DNA of 63,767 nt, counting the filler, from Choristocarpus tenellus KU-1152 (Eukaryota > Protista > Phaeophyceae), in NCBI GenBank assembly GCA_964200185.2. It is 10 parts of 10 records of this genome, joined end to end, with 100 filler letters (N's around TTAATTAATTAA, not from the genome) between each part and the next. Parts side by side here need not be neighbours in the genome. Positions count along the whole stretch, not along the records: positions 15,010 to 22,134 come from CAXNAD020006652.1; positions 22,235 to 30,456 come from CAXNAD020004978.1; 8 more parts are not named here. The stretch is one strand, 5' to 3'. This document shows positions 14,910 to 27,840 of this stretch, in pieces (within the stretch, counting starts at the first letter, position 1; each line of letters begins with the position of its first letter). The notes beneath the pieces are model-generated. The model did not search any database. It saw only the letters and a program-made list of their open reading frames with translations, and was not told the DNA's origin. A program made the translations under genes and the position numbers.

Positions 14910-15009
14910 NNNNNNNNNNNNNNNNNNNNNNNNNNNNNNNNNNNNNNNNNNNNTTAATTAATTAANNNNNNNNNNNNNNNNNNNNNNNNNNNNNNNNNNN
15001 NNNNNNNNN
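14910..15009. other. Artificial contig spacer (also 22135-22234, 30457-30556, 40269-40368, 44495-44594, 47810-47909, 53826-53925, 56880-56979, 60194-60293)
   Basis: Identical 100-nt N runs centred on TTAATTAATTAA, which puts stops in all six frames. Confidence 0.98.
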
Positions 15010-15076
15010 ATGCGAAGCCAAGCCCCACAAATGGACAAACAGGGAAAAAATCGTACCCTCTAAGATAGTTTCACTC
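15010..15076 (+). mobile_element. MITE family A, 3' end only (contig edge)
   Basis: GAAGCCAAGCCCC..AAATGGACAAACAGGG..TACCCTCTAAGATAGTTTCACTC matches the right end of full copies. Confidence 0.85.
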
Positions 15077-15479
15077 AGTTTCGTCTTGACTTCCTGATGA
15101 TCCCCCTCTCGTGAGATTCTCATCACTCTACAATTCTGCAATTCTCTGCATTCTTTGTGCTTTTCAAACCTCATCCTCGTCCTCTTGGTTATGGTTCGTC
15201 TTGGTCCGTCTGATCCGTCTGGTTCAGTGATTCAATGCACCACCACCCTTGCCTGACTGAACCACGCCACCACAGAACCGTACGATTTACAAAGTGTGTA
15301 AATTAGTAAAAATATGAAGATAAAAAAAAAACTTCTACACAGACAGGCATAATGTGCATACATACATTGATATTCTCACTACAAGTCCAGAGAAGATTTG
15401 AAAGAGTACTATCTATAAGGACACTACTGGAGTATAACTCAACGTTTGCCAAGTACACATTTCGTCCTCAAGTAATGCA

Positions 15480-15800
15480 ACAAGCAGTGGATATGGATGG
15501 TCTGGACATGCAAGAAAAGAGCTTGACTGCCTGGCCAGCGGACACGGACAGGTACAATTACCCAGTGTACATAATCCAGACATGGTAGAGAATGCTAGAT
15601 CTGCTCTGTTCAATGGTCATGGTCCAGTACCATACCCAATGGACATGGTCTCGACATGTTACAGAATGTTTGACCCAGTCTGGCAGTCGGACATTGACCA
15701 GGTCAATACCAGATGAAAATGTCACTTTCGTGTTAGTGTATTTTGGGACCAGTCTGCCCAACAGACAGGACCATTTCTATTTGCCAACCTTGTGAAAGGC
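15480..15800 (+). repeat. Dispersed repeat with internal subrepeats; an inverted relative lies at ~39350-39600
   Basis: GACATG..AGAATG(C/T)TAGA/TTGACC subrepeats are the reverse complement of GGTCTAACATT(C/T)TC..ACATGTCCGGACCATG units at 39448-39552. Confidence 0.55.
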
Positions 15801-17775
15801 CCTGCAAAGCATGCCTTATTGTGACACAAAATTGAGAACAGCACCTGTATCAAACCTAAAATTACATACCTTCCTCCTGCCTGACATACCTTGAAATAGT
15901 ACAGCAACTGTACTATTATTACACCAATGATCTAAATTAAATGTTTTATGTATGTACAGAAGTAGGGATAAATGAAAATTGTTTATGTGCTCTAACCATG
16001 TCAACCTTGTTTCATGTCCCTATCAGAGTAAATAATATTACCTCAATAAGATTATTAGTAAGATTTCTATTGTTGAGGCAGCATTCAGGAGAAGTCACAC
16101 AGTGCTGTTGTGATTTTTGATCAATCTTAGATGTGACCAATTTTATTTCATAGAGAGTGACCTACAAAGTCACACTATCATGTGCTACATGTATCAGGCT
16201 TACCCTTTTTGCCCAGTAAACAGCTACTGTGTTTCTTGAAACTGAACAACAAAAACAAAGAGAAAGCACCAAATCACACAGGCGAGAACCAAGGGCTTCA
16301 ACTGTCTTGAAGCTGCCGTGCCTTCCAGACCACCCTATAGGCAGTCCAGGACCCTAGAAAACAATAGAACTATCAATTAAAAAGCTGACATAGCTAGGCA
16401 GTGAGTGTCAGAAAACAAAAGCCTTGATCATAGGAAATGAGTCCAAGGAGCTGACAGTGACTCACACAATCATACCTGCATAATTGTAATGTTATGTTTG
16501 CCACACACATCACCAGCAGGGCACTGCAAGCGAACTCTACTCCCAGACACATTAACTTTCATCCACTCAACCTCTCACTTAACACACACACATTCCACAT
16601 TGGAAATAAACAATCTGCACAAGTCTTGAGGTGAGGCGGGGGGGAGAGGGGGAAGATCACTATCTTCAACAGCACCATTCCACTGCTGTCTTCTGGTGTG
16701 CCATGTAAAACCTCCAGTCAAAATCTTTGGCCTCAGGTCAGCAGCTTACCACCGCATCCTCTCTTCTAAATATTTGTTTTCACCACTCTACGATGTGGGC
16801 AAACCTCAAGACCTTATCATGACTCCAGAAAGGGAGTGTGTTAACTCCCTTTAATAAAAACACAAATTGCACGAACCTGGGTTCTCCGAAAACACACCAA
16901 CTACTTCAGCTACAAGCTCAACGATGTGGTTTAACACAATGAAATACACAATAGACAAGATATCTAAACAAATAAGAGACCCAAATAAACAAAAAGGGAA
17001 GGTCTTGCAATGTGATAATTCCCAGCCCCTGTATACATAGCTGCAACCATAGTTGCAATTCTCATAAGAATCAAGACTCCAAACTACAGACAGGGTGCAC
17101 GGAAAGGCTGCCCAGTCTGATGCTATGATTCAGCACTTGTTTCCTAACAAAATACTCCCCAAATAAGAGAGCAAGCTCACCTCTCTTGAGATGGTCAGAG
17201 ATGCCATTTTCTTCCCAATGCAACATCCTACTGTCGGTGAGCTGAACAAGATAGGTTTCAGAAAGAGAAATAGTAAAGGGCTACAGCAAGGATGGGGGGA
17301 ATAAAGGGTGGAAATAGAGTGAACACAGGACTTCTGTATTGAAATCAAAACGCCTACACACTCAACCTACACCCCAGAAGAAAGGAGTAAAACAGAGATA
17401 CAATGAGTCCCCTTTGTACAAATGTGGAAGTAGGCATTGTGGTACTGTACACAAGCCAAAAGTACGAAAGGGTGTACGTGACTCAAATCACTTGTGCCGT
17501 ACTCCTAGTAATCCTCCGCCCCTTGCCCCTTACCCTCAACTCAATGTTACCGCACCGAGCTACCCAAATCCGGTGCAGCATTTGACTCACCAAACCGTAT
17601 CCCTGTGATATAATTAAATTTCCACTTCAATAGTCATGTAAACTATACCGCTCCTACCCTTGTAATCGCGTCAGCCTCAACCTGTACTCGCGACATCGAG
17701 TCGCTTGGAGGAGCAAACCACGCGCGTAAAATCAAGAATTTCCAGCTGCATCTGGTCTCTTTTTGATAATGTTAT

Positions 17776-18270
17776 TCAGTCACAGAATCCCAACGCACCG
17801 CCACCTGGGGCAGGCCCACGACGGTTAGCGACTATCTTCGCTGCTGTTGTGGTGCGAACACGAACCATACGGGGATTCGCTGCAGCAAAGCTCATCTTGC
17901 ACTCCCCCGAGCAGAATGAGCTTCCACCAGAAAATGGTTCCATTTTGGGGACAAACGGCTCGCGACACTGCGGACAAGACCGTTGAACGAACGTACTACT
18001 CTGCTCTTTGGGCAGAGATGATCCATGCCTGTACTCACCATCGACGATACCGTGTCCATGTTTATCTTCCTTCCACATTGTCCTAACCTCGCGATGTTGC
18101 AGAAGAGAACTGCAGCAGGAGCAGTCGCAAGAGGAGCCTGAGAACTCATTGTAGAAATCGCAACCTGCGATGTGGCGAGCCTTCGACGGCGTCTTGGTGG
18201 CGGTTGTGGCTGGTACAAAACGTCGTGGGATTAAGACCTCACGCGACGGCTGTGTCTTACGTTCGATCAT
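17776..18270 (-). CDS. Small apparently single-exon protein with FCS/FLZ-like (TRASH-type) zinc finger
   Basis: The ORF contains CPQC-x16-FCSGEC. The likely ATG is at 18270 (MIERK), but the ORF is open upstream to 18441. Confidence 0.6.
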   Translation of the reverse strand: MIERKTQPSREVLIPRRFVPATTATKTPSKARHIAGCDFYNEFSGSSCDCSCCSSLLQHREVRTMWKEDKHGHGIVDGEYRHGSSLPKEQSSTFVQRSCPQCREPFVPKMEPFSGGSSFCSGECKMSFAAANPRMVRVRTTTAAKIVANRRGPAPGGGALGFCD

Positions 18271-20315
18271 CTGACTCGGGCTCTGGTGGTGTCTGGATGT
18301 CTGCCTGCTTGACTTTACCTCACTTTGCCTTTGTGCTTCCTGGAGAATGCATGAAGTTTTTGAGTCAACAACGTGGTCAGACTGAGATAATCCCATTAAA
18401 AAAATCATCCTACCATCAGAGCCAGCACAAGCAAATGGCAAAGATATGGTTCAATGCTATTTATCACCTGATTACACGTCCCAATCATCATGGACCGGCT
18501 GCTACCCGAAGATTTCTTCGAAGGCATGTTGGGAAGAGTGATATATCTGTGTCATAGTTGGCAAAGAGGGTAAGGATCAGAATCTAGAGATAGTTAAGAC
18601 CTGCACACCTACACTCGTATCTAGTGGTAACGGTTGGTTTATCACAGCGAACAAGAGGAATCGGCTGAACTCGGTAGGACGAGGGGTGGGTATTGGTTGG
18701 TTGAAGTAGATCAAGTCAACGTCAAGAAACTTATGCCAACTTTCACCTATATGAGGTCTGATCAGCTGGTCGGCGCCGAGGGCTAATGGGGTGGTGCATC
18801 ACATCCTGCGGCCCAAGGTGGTGAGGTGCTCTGCACCCAGCATGCGCAGGCATCAAAATGCTGATCATCCTATCCGATTTCCCGCCTCTCCTGTGGTGTG
18901 GTGTGTTAGCAGGTAAAACGGCTGCGAACTCTGATCTACTTCGGTCTATGACACTTGAGGCCTTACCAAGTATATTGGCAGATCTCTGTGATATGGATGA
19001 AACTATGTCAATGATTGTATGGAGTCTGGTGTGGAATTTCAATGAGAGACCCTGGGGGTTGGTTCTGGATGACCCCTTGAGTTTCAAATCTGAAAAATGG
19101 TCCCCTCAACTTATTAAGGTGTACAGTAACAGTAGCGTCGATCCGCCTTTGGTTCCACCAACCGTTGTAAAGACTTAGAAAGAGGAAATTGGATTGGCCG
19201 ATTCGAAGCTCCATTTTTCGATTTTGATTTTAAACTTTGAAAAAGAGAGGGAGGTCAACTTTTTTTTTTCGCGCCTACTGGTTCCTTACGCGCGAAAATT
19301 GAATGAAAATTCTCATTGGCAATATCGGAAGAGATACGTATTTTTCGATTTTATGTTTGATGGCGAGGATTTTCGGTACATAAACTCTTACTTCTGTTGT
19401 GGTTGTTGATATTAGATGATTCCTGCGACGAATTATGACTTCACTTATATGCGGTAGAATATTAGAAGAAACTGTATCGTACTCAAAGTAGGACAATAAA
19501 ATCATTTTTCCAACTACAATGCCCACTGACATCATTATCTACATAACGTTGTGAATATTTCAGGTAGACAATAGACACTTTTTAATAGAATCCGTTGCTT
19601 AGACCAAGTCGGCAAAACATTTCCATTTGTAGGAGCAAGGATAGCCCAATAGTTCGACACAGTTTTCAAGGCGACTATATTTGAAATATTGACATACGTC
19701 GTAGAATAATGATCTCTAATTCTTACGATTAATCTCCAATCCTTAGGTTCTACATCACACACCAAATTAAGCGGTGAAGGTGGTCAAAGTGGACTTCAGA
19801 ATAATACTACTCTAATCAATATTTCAATACTTCACACTATGTGCCTTCCTACTCTTGACAAACTCCTGGATCTTAGATGCTACTGGAATATACTGATTAT
19901 CAAAATAGGAAATAGTTCCTTTGGGTTCCCCTATTTAGGTGTCAAAACTTCAATGAAAGACTACATTCCTACATTCCTACATTCCTACAAAATACCTATC
20001 AAGTTTGACGTTTGTAGTTGCACAGGAAATATAGTTGTAGTATTAAAGGGCTATTACTGATGACTGGTTGGAGTTGACAACTAGAATATAATACCTCTTC
20101 CTAGGGGATAGGGGGTCATCAGTCATCAGTCACTACCAATACAACTCTGTAGACAACAAAACTTCTAACTGACTGAACCCCAAGATACTTTTATGTTCCT
20201 TCTATGTTCACGCACATGTTGAATAGGCCTTGTTGTTTGAGGTATTCTATTATACTACTGGTTGCTGCAGAGTAGATACCAGTGCTTTTTTCAACGTTTA
20301 ACTTCAAACAAATCC

Positions 20316-20572
20316 GAGTCAACGTATCCTAGAGGGTATAGCCGTGTCCATGTGAGGGACAAAATCCAATGTTGCAATTTTGATGTCATTTTTTATCATG
20401 TTTGTTAGGAAATGTCGATATCCTTGTTCCAGGCACACTTTTTCATGACGTATACATTTTACCTACTCCGAAACATTTTGGAGTAGGTAAAACTTTATTA
20501 AAAGCCCGTGGGAAGCCAAGCCCCAAATGGACAAAAAGGGAAAAATTCATACCCTCTAAGATACTTTCACTC
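20316..20572 (+). mobile_element. MITE family A, full copy, TSD ATCC
   Basis: GAGTCAACGTATCCTAGAGGGTA...TACCCTCTAAGATACTTTCACTC, flanked by ATCC on both sides. Confidence 0.92.
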
Positions 20573-23500
20573 ATCCCAAGGTTCAGTTATGAATGTGATG
20601 ATTATACTGTTGCAACCTTTGCACTGCTTCGTTTCCGCTACAACCTTTGGCTGTTGGTAAAGTTGGGAAAAGGTGGCAATGATGCTCTGTGTTGTGCTTG
20701 CCGTTGTGCTTGTCAATGGCCTATTTTTTGTACACTTCGCTAATTTAACCAACAGTTGCGACTTTGGTCAATAACATTCCCTCCGTGTCGAGGGATTCAT
20801 CTTCCCAATCCTGTTGTGGATGACGTGTGTCCTGTGGCTAGATGGGATGGGCAAGGCTAGTAGTGTCACATACACAAAAACAATACTGGGAAATGTCATT
20901 GCTTTGAAATAAAATTGTTCAGATGAAGTACTGCGGAGCAATTCCTACAAACACGAAAAAAAAACAGCCGGCGCCATGTGTTAAGCCATGATCGGATTCG
21001 AATCATGTGCTGCTTGACTGTGTTTTGATCAACAGCTACTACATCTTAGCTTCTGTGCAACACAAAAAAATTACCAAACTCACCATATCGAGGGTACTGC
21101 ATATCTCCGAAGAAAATATTGATATTGCATAGCGTAGGTTCTGAAAATATCGTGTGAGCCCTCTCAAATCACTCCGCCACGTTTTGATCGACGATATCTC
21201 TCTGTCAACAGAGCATTCTTTTGTGAATCCTACCTCTGGGCCTAGTCCTAACATAAATAAAGAACATGCCCCGAAACTCATTTCTGGCAATGCCGCCACA
21301 TGCTTGTCACACAACACCATTGCTACTTGCGTGGGACTTAGATAAAGTTGATGAGAAGGTCTAGCAAATTAACTGAAAACGCTGCAATAGCTAATATATA
21401 GTGTGTAGTGAAGGATAGGATATGCCATAGGAATGGCTAAGAGTGTTAGTCTATGTACTCAACAAATAACTGTGCCGGACGAATGTACTCTGGAGAACAT
21501 TTCCGCTGAAGTGCCCATAGTTTTACACCACACAGTAGGCCGCAATTGACAACAGCCATGGTATGAGCGCCTTCCTCGTCCAAACTAAATCCAAGAAGCA
21601 AATTATCCTCACCAAATCTATCAAACTTTGACCTGCGCTGAAGCAGTAATCTATATTCTCCCGAGATTCACAATGCCCAAAGACAATATATATCAGTAGT
21701 ACGCCAATGTTTGGTCAGTCCCCCATACTTTTTCGTTCTCATGGTATTTTCAAAAATGTGTGTGGTAGTATGTGAATTAAGATCTCTTCCTTGTGGAAGT
21801 ATCGCTAATTCATTTTTTTCCATCCTTGTAGCCTTTCTGGTGTGAAAATGTAGTCACATGGGCTGTTGTGGTATTTATCTGCTTTGGTTCGTCTGTGGCT
21901 CCAGCCTCATCTGTTGGAGTCCACACGACAATTGGATCACACGTCATCAACACCTGTCAAAGAAACCTACTACATTCTAGTCCATAGAGCATACACTTGT
22001 TGGAAACTACTGGTACATAAAATAATTCCAGCACCCCTCTAAGGGCTGTGACAGGAGGAGTGTTCTAACATCTCGTGAGTACACCCCTCTTGTTGCATGT
22101 AGCCATGATATTGTGGGCATGCATATGTGCATACNNNNNNNNNNNNNNNNNNNNNNNNNNNNNNNNNNNNNNNNNNNNTTAATTAATTAANNNNNNNNNN
22201 NNNNNNNNNNNNNNNNNNNNNNNNNNNNNNNNNNCGCCCCCTCACAAACCACCCCCCCCCCAGATACTTTGAACCTGAGCCATATCATGAAGTGTTTCGT
22301 AACATGGAGGTCCTACCTTGTCTCTTCATGCCGAAGAGAATACTCAGCTCGCCTCATGGGATTCTTGATAGCTCCTTGGTATGTCCTGGATCTATCCGCC
22401 ATGGTCTTGTCAACTCCTTGGGTTGTCCTAGACCAATCCTGTCGTCTATTCTCGTCCAACTGAGGGGAAAGGGTCTGCATGATGGCGTCATCTCCTCTAC
22501 TTCTTTCCAATTGGGGAGAAGGGCCTGCATTGCGGCAACTGTAGGTCGCACACCACATCCTTATCTTGGAAACAAATGAGGGGACGGCTGCAAACCTATG
22601 CAGGGTGGGGACACTGGCCGTGTTACTGTGTGCAAAATGGGCTTGCCAAGTTTTGTAGAGTAGGTTTGACCTTGATTACACACTCACTCTCACTGTTCAT
22701 CCGTGCTCTTCCTGTTTATTCACTCTCTCCTGCACTCTACAGGTCTCTACGAATTGAGGTGGCTGCAGCTTGTCAATGATAGTTGCCCCTCGACAACCCG
22801 AGGCCAGAGAGCCAGCATAGCAACCGTGAGATGGGTCTTTGGTGAGAGAAGGAACTCGGACCACGTCACGTATTTGAAGGAAGGTGTAGACGTTCAACAC
22901 AGGTTTCTCCTCACGATAGACTAACCTCACTTACCCCTCCAAATTTTCTCCAATTTTGGGATGAAATCGACAAGGAGCTGACCAATCATGAAGGCTAAAG
23001 GCATGAAAAGGAACAAAAAAAATCATGATGACTCTTCCTTGGGGAAATGACTATCAATATGAACTTTCTTTGTTAGGAATGTTCATGTCGGTGTTGATGT
23101 TGAGGTGTGTTGTACCATGTCACTTGTAATACGATCTGAGAAAACGTTGCCCATGAGTCAATCTACGTGGGAAGATCACACGTTCAGTTTACGAAACCTA
23201 GCGAGTGTTTCACTGGCTCTAACCAACGTACCGCAGCTCATGCCACGCACAAAGCACCATTCATTTGAGAGGTCGAGCTTCCATGTAGCACACCGACACC
23301 TCTCCCCCCCGTTTGCTTGTTGTCACTCATCACCTTGTGCAGGTTCAGAAGTAACTTGTTTGCATAAGGAGATGCTTTGAAGTACTGTACACACTGAATG
23401 TTGCAATTAGTATACATGAAGTAGTGATTATGTATGTACCAAGATAATGTATGTAGAACGGTAGATAAATGATGGATTGGGACATTGGAATATAGTGACG

Positions 23501-24310
23501 ATTGCAGTAATATTTTAGGAAATGTTTCAATTGGTAATCTACAGAATTGCGTGAAGCGTGATTCTTGAGATTTTAGGAATTACCCCCCTCATGGATACGA
23601 CTCACTCTTTTCTGTAACTTAATTAAGCACATTCTACTACCTCTGTGCCAGAAGTTTGTGCCGCGAAACATCAAGGCTCGCCAAAGAAGGACGGCGCCGA
23701 ATCGAACAATAAACCCACAGAATTAAATCGGGTTGACAATCTCAGCTTTCAGAAAAGGTGGGGGTCGATGATCATCAGGTACAAACTCGAGGTGCTTCAA
23801 GTCGTCAAAGTAGGGGTCTTTTGAACGATATTGAGAACTTAGAGTAGAAACAGGAAATTGAAGAAGAAATTTCTATAAGTTTGTTGAGGTTAGTGTGCCC
23901 CCCTTCTTTGCGTACATCATTTGCGAAGCCAATGTCTCAGAGAAGTGTGGTGGATTTTTTTCAATATCATCCTCTGTCTCTAGGATTTCGCAGCCTTCAG
24001 GACAAAAAGGAAACGAGATAAAAAAGGAAAGAGAGGAGTAAAACCGAGAGAGACAAACAAAAATAAGTTGAATTGAGCCACAGGTCGAGAAGTCTGAAAA
24101 CCTCTTTCGGTGAGGAGGGACAACCATGTGGAGGGAAGAATGTATGTAGTAAATGAGGATGACAGGGTGTGCTGGAAGGGGGGGGGCATATTCTCGGTTT
24201 GTTTGGTTTGTTTGGTTTGTTGTAGGAGGAACAAGAAAAAAAGTACGTGGAACGAACCTTTTAATCAATGCCGTGGTTGATCAGGACGTACGAAAATAGG
24301 AGAATAGGGT

Positions 24311-25521
24311 GTGCACTCTGTATCGGTGTTTGAAAATAATGATGGTGCAATTGAGATCACTCAGAAGGCAGTATCTGGAGAGAGAACAATGCACATAGAT
24401 ACACGGTACTGTTGCAGGCGAATAGCGCGAGCATTTCATTCTGCGTGCCAAAATGCGCGAACAGTATACATACGTAAGAATTCATATAAGAGGAACTTTG
24501 ATTTGGTGGAAGATGCAGAGTAAGATTTGAAATGCGTACATAGCCTTACAGAATAGACATCAATTCCTGAAAGTTTCAGAAAAAAGATTTATGATTGGAA
24601 TAATTACACAGTAGTTTGCAGGCGTTATTTAACTCTTTGACTGTAGAAAAACGGTGAATGACGTTAATAAAGACTGACTTGTTGTTGACCACACGACTCA
24701 GTTCTTTGATCCTTACCCTCTTTTGATAAAGCGAAAAGCGATACATCGACTGAGCTAAGCATCAACTGACACCATACATGGTCATCATCTGTGGACCCCC
24801 GTAGCGTCGTTTCAAGGTCGTTGGATTTGAGTTGCATATCCTGTGAAGGTGAATTCTGGGGCACGTTGTAACAGTACCACTGTGAACGCCAGTTGGAGAG
24901 GGAACTAAAAAGTGCAATTTGATATTTACCTACGGAATCCCAACATGCGGATCTTTTTACAATAGGTCTGTCAAAGGAATCGTTCAATCGGCATTCCGTT
25001 GTTATCATGGGTAGAATGGAGTCAGACTGATTTTTGTTGATGATATGTATATAAGAGTTATTATATTTTCACTGGAAGTTAAGAAGCAGGGGAGTATGTC
25101 AAGAATATGCAAAATAATAATTAGTTGTTAGAAGAGAACAAGCCTGTATTCTGAAGGATAGGAGATAGGCCAAGAACACACACAGTGGTCCAGGCATTGA
25201 GGGTGAACGAGATTGTGAGCCTGGCTTGTTGCAGGCATTGGACAACCTCCAGATGAAGACTGGCAAGTTTCCAACCAACAGCAGTATCACTAGGGCTCAG
25301 GAATAGTACAACTAGAGGAGAAGGAGGATGTAGTTTAGGCCTTGGCACGCAACGTAATGGATGAACTACTGGACGTAACCAGTTCTACGAACACTGCAAG
25401 AACAAGAAAGGCTGGTGAGGTAGAGGATGGATCAGAACACAAAACAATGAAAAAGGTTGGTGGTAATGATAACGATGGAGAGGCGAGCCTTCCTTCGCCT
25501 CCCTTACCTGTAGTATTGACA
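24311..25521 (+). mobile_element. Copia 3' remnant: RNase H C-terminus, PPT and 3' LTR
   Basis: FENNDGAIEITQKAVSGERTMHIDTRY | H...YLPTESQHADLFT...F.RH...IMG (Copia RNase H). Purine tract AAGAAGCAGGGGAG at ~25081. Candidate LTR TGTCAA(25097)...TTGACA(25521). Confidence 0.8.
24410..24873. mobile_element. Solo LTR nested in the Copia RNase H, TSD GTAC
   Basis: TGTTGCA...TGTAACA ends with GTAC on both flanks. Homologous to 31317-31813, 30389-30456 and 60128-60193. Confidence 0.88.
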
Positions 25522-26768
25522 CATTTTATTGGAGCCAAAGGCTAGGGAGAGAATAATAGATCGGGTCTGCATATTACTGGACAAGGCGAAAATGAAGTTC
25601 TTGAGTACTTGTTCTTCGAGACCTGTGATGCACACATGTATCAGACAGTTCTCTGACTGATAGGTGTTGTGCCGTATGCTGTTCCTGTTCTCTGTAGCAA
25701 CAGGTTTCTTAATTGCACACACATAACACTGGAGGGACATAATGTCATAACTGAGTAAATATTATAAGTCGTCTTATCATATGGACCAGACTTGGTGTAT
25801 GGACTATCATTATTTTTAGCCAGTAGAGTAATTTTACGAAAATAGTCCACTTTTAGGGCATGTAAGGGAGAAGGGATGTATTTTGGGGTTGGTATAAGCA
25901 TTCTATATTATGGTACCCCTACTGTGTTGCACTACACACACTCCTGGGTCTCTTCACTGATTGATATCCTCTTAAATACACTGTTGACTGACTGAGTTCT
26001 CTCTTTTTCTTTTTTTATTTCTTCCTTTTGACTGGTTGTAAGTTTTTGTTTTCTTCTGTAGTATCTGTATTTTCTCGCTGGTATTTATCCACAAGTCTAG
26101 GACCCCTCAGACTAAGGTGAAGAACAATAGGATAAATACCGACCGATGTTCAGAGGCACTACACACAACTACTGCCTGTATTTTCTCATAAAAAACTGTA
26201 AATAACAAAAGTTGCACTAATACTAATTGCACTGTCGCCGTTTGTGCCTTCCTTTTCATGTGTTAGGTTCAGCTCCCACCCCTCGTTGCTCCACCTCCTC
26301 CCTCAAATGTTGCACTGGACTACCAGCCTCTGCTTGGCAATAAAGTTGTCACCTCGTTCTTGGTTCAAATTGTCGACCGTTTTTGTGGTATAGCAACAGG
26401 CAGGATAGATTATTACAGCGCTGAGCTAACGCACCTTATTTGGGATTAAGTAGTGGCCTCAATGCTCAAATAATGGCGACTGAAAACCAGAGCAAAGAGG
26501 GTGTGAGTCAAGATGAAAAACAGCTCAGACTTTTGCTAGTGTAGGAATTTTTGGTTCAATGGTGTCTTTCAACTGGTTTCGTTACAGAAAGGAATTTATT
26601 GTAATACTACCAATATGTGCAAGAACAGATTACCTAATATATCAAAAATAACTTAGGATCAACAATTTTGATGCTAAATTGGGAGATTTCCACCAACCAG
26701 ATATTGGGGATTTCGGTGGATCGGTATGCCTTTGATAGGCCATACTACCAATTATTTGTACAAAATTT

Positions 26769-27033
26769 GAGCCGAAGTAAACGAGAGGTACACTGTACCC
26801 AGGTTTTGGGCGTTTTGCACTTTAAACCACTGTGTGATGTATTACAATTCATCGTTATTTCCATGGATGGAGTACTCAGATTGACTTGAGATCATTTATT
26901 TCTTTGTTATTTAAAAACCTTTGACAGAATGTACAACAGTCTCCTACACACATTATACGCATACACATCACTATACGAAACAGCGTATTGAGCCGAATTT
27001 TCTGCACCCTGAGTACCTCGTTTACTTTTGCTC
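26769..27033 (+). mobile_element. MITE family F
   Basis: TIRs GAGCCGAAGTAAACGAGAGGTAC...GTACCTCGTTTACTTTTGCTC. The interior (ATTTCCATGGATGGAGT..AGATTGACTTGA) matches 60677-60933. Confidence 0.8.
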
Positions 27034-27289
27034 AATACCAACAACGGTATGAAATATATGATAGTATCACCATTACATTAGTGTATGTAGAGTTATACCG
27101 TTCTACAAGTGCTGGAAATTTCACATAGGCACCCTAATTCAGAACGTCCCTGGCATTCAGAACCCCATTTGACCAGCTCCACTCGCACAAATTAGCTTTT
27201 CGTGTCCATTAGGATGCAAATAACACAATGTACAATATTCGTTATAATAAGTACCAACAAGTGTACATGCATACTCTTGTTACCTATTA

Positions 27290-27705
27290 TTTCATGTTTC
27301 CTCCTATTTCCTTGATAAGAACGGTGTCCATAATTGTTTGCCATGTGGGACTTGAACAATCGAAATCGAAATTTTACTAGAAGTCTGTATGGGTGTACTT
27401 CTTGGGTTCAAACCCACGAAATCCACTAAGGGAAAATTCATCTTTGATAGAGTTACGACCATGCAACCTGCACAAAGGGATGTTGAGAACTCGTCGCTGG
27501 GAAAACCTAGTTGTTACTTATCTTTTTGTGTTTCCTCCTATTTCCTCAATAACATTGTTCTACAAAATAAACATGGGCATAGAAATAAAACATGTGTCCA
27601 TAGCTCTTTGCCATGTGGGACTTGCACTATCGAAACCAAACATTTATTGGAAAGAGTCTGATTAGATTAGATGTATAACAGGGTTTGACGGTTCAAACCC
27701 ACAAA
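27290..27705. repeat. Diverged direct duplication, ~235-bp period
   Basis: TGTTTCCTCCTATTTCC...GTGTCCATA...TTTGCCATGTGGGACTTG...GGTTCAAACCCAC is present twice. Confidence 0.75.
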
Positions 27706-27769
27706 ATATCTACTGAACAGTTACAAATATCTACTGAACAGTTACGACCGCTTACTATTCCATGTGGTA

Positions 27770-27840
27770 CTCCCTCGCCGGGAATCGAACCCGGATCTCC
27801 TAGTGAAAGTCAGATATCCTAACCGTTGGACTACGAGGGA
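27770..27840 (-). tRNA. tRNA-Glu(TTC), probably a pseudogene
   Basis: TCCCTCG/CGAGGGA acceptor stem, CTTTCAC anticodon loop, CCGGG-TTCGATT-CCCGG T arm. The 3' anticodon stem is one nt short (TAGG against TCTGA) and there is no oligo-T terminator. Confidence 0.8.

Noticed and set aside
14910-15009. Recurrent TTAATTAATTAA motif
   Set aside because: An artificial linker between concatenated contigs. Adjacency across it has no biological meaning.
18743-19214. Overlapping ORFs on both strands
   Set aside because: No domain signal, and the coding strand cannot be chosen.
20402-20743. Recurrent short ORFs with similar peptides (e.g. QAPNGQTG, GLHQGVHSGP)
   Set aside because: Chance translations of non-coding MITE A and B copies.
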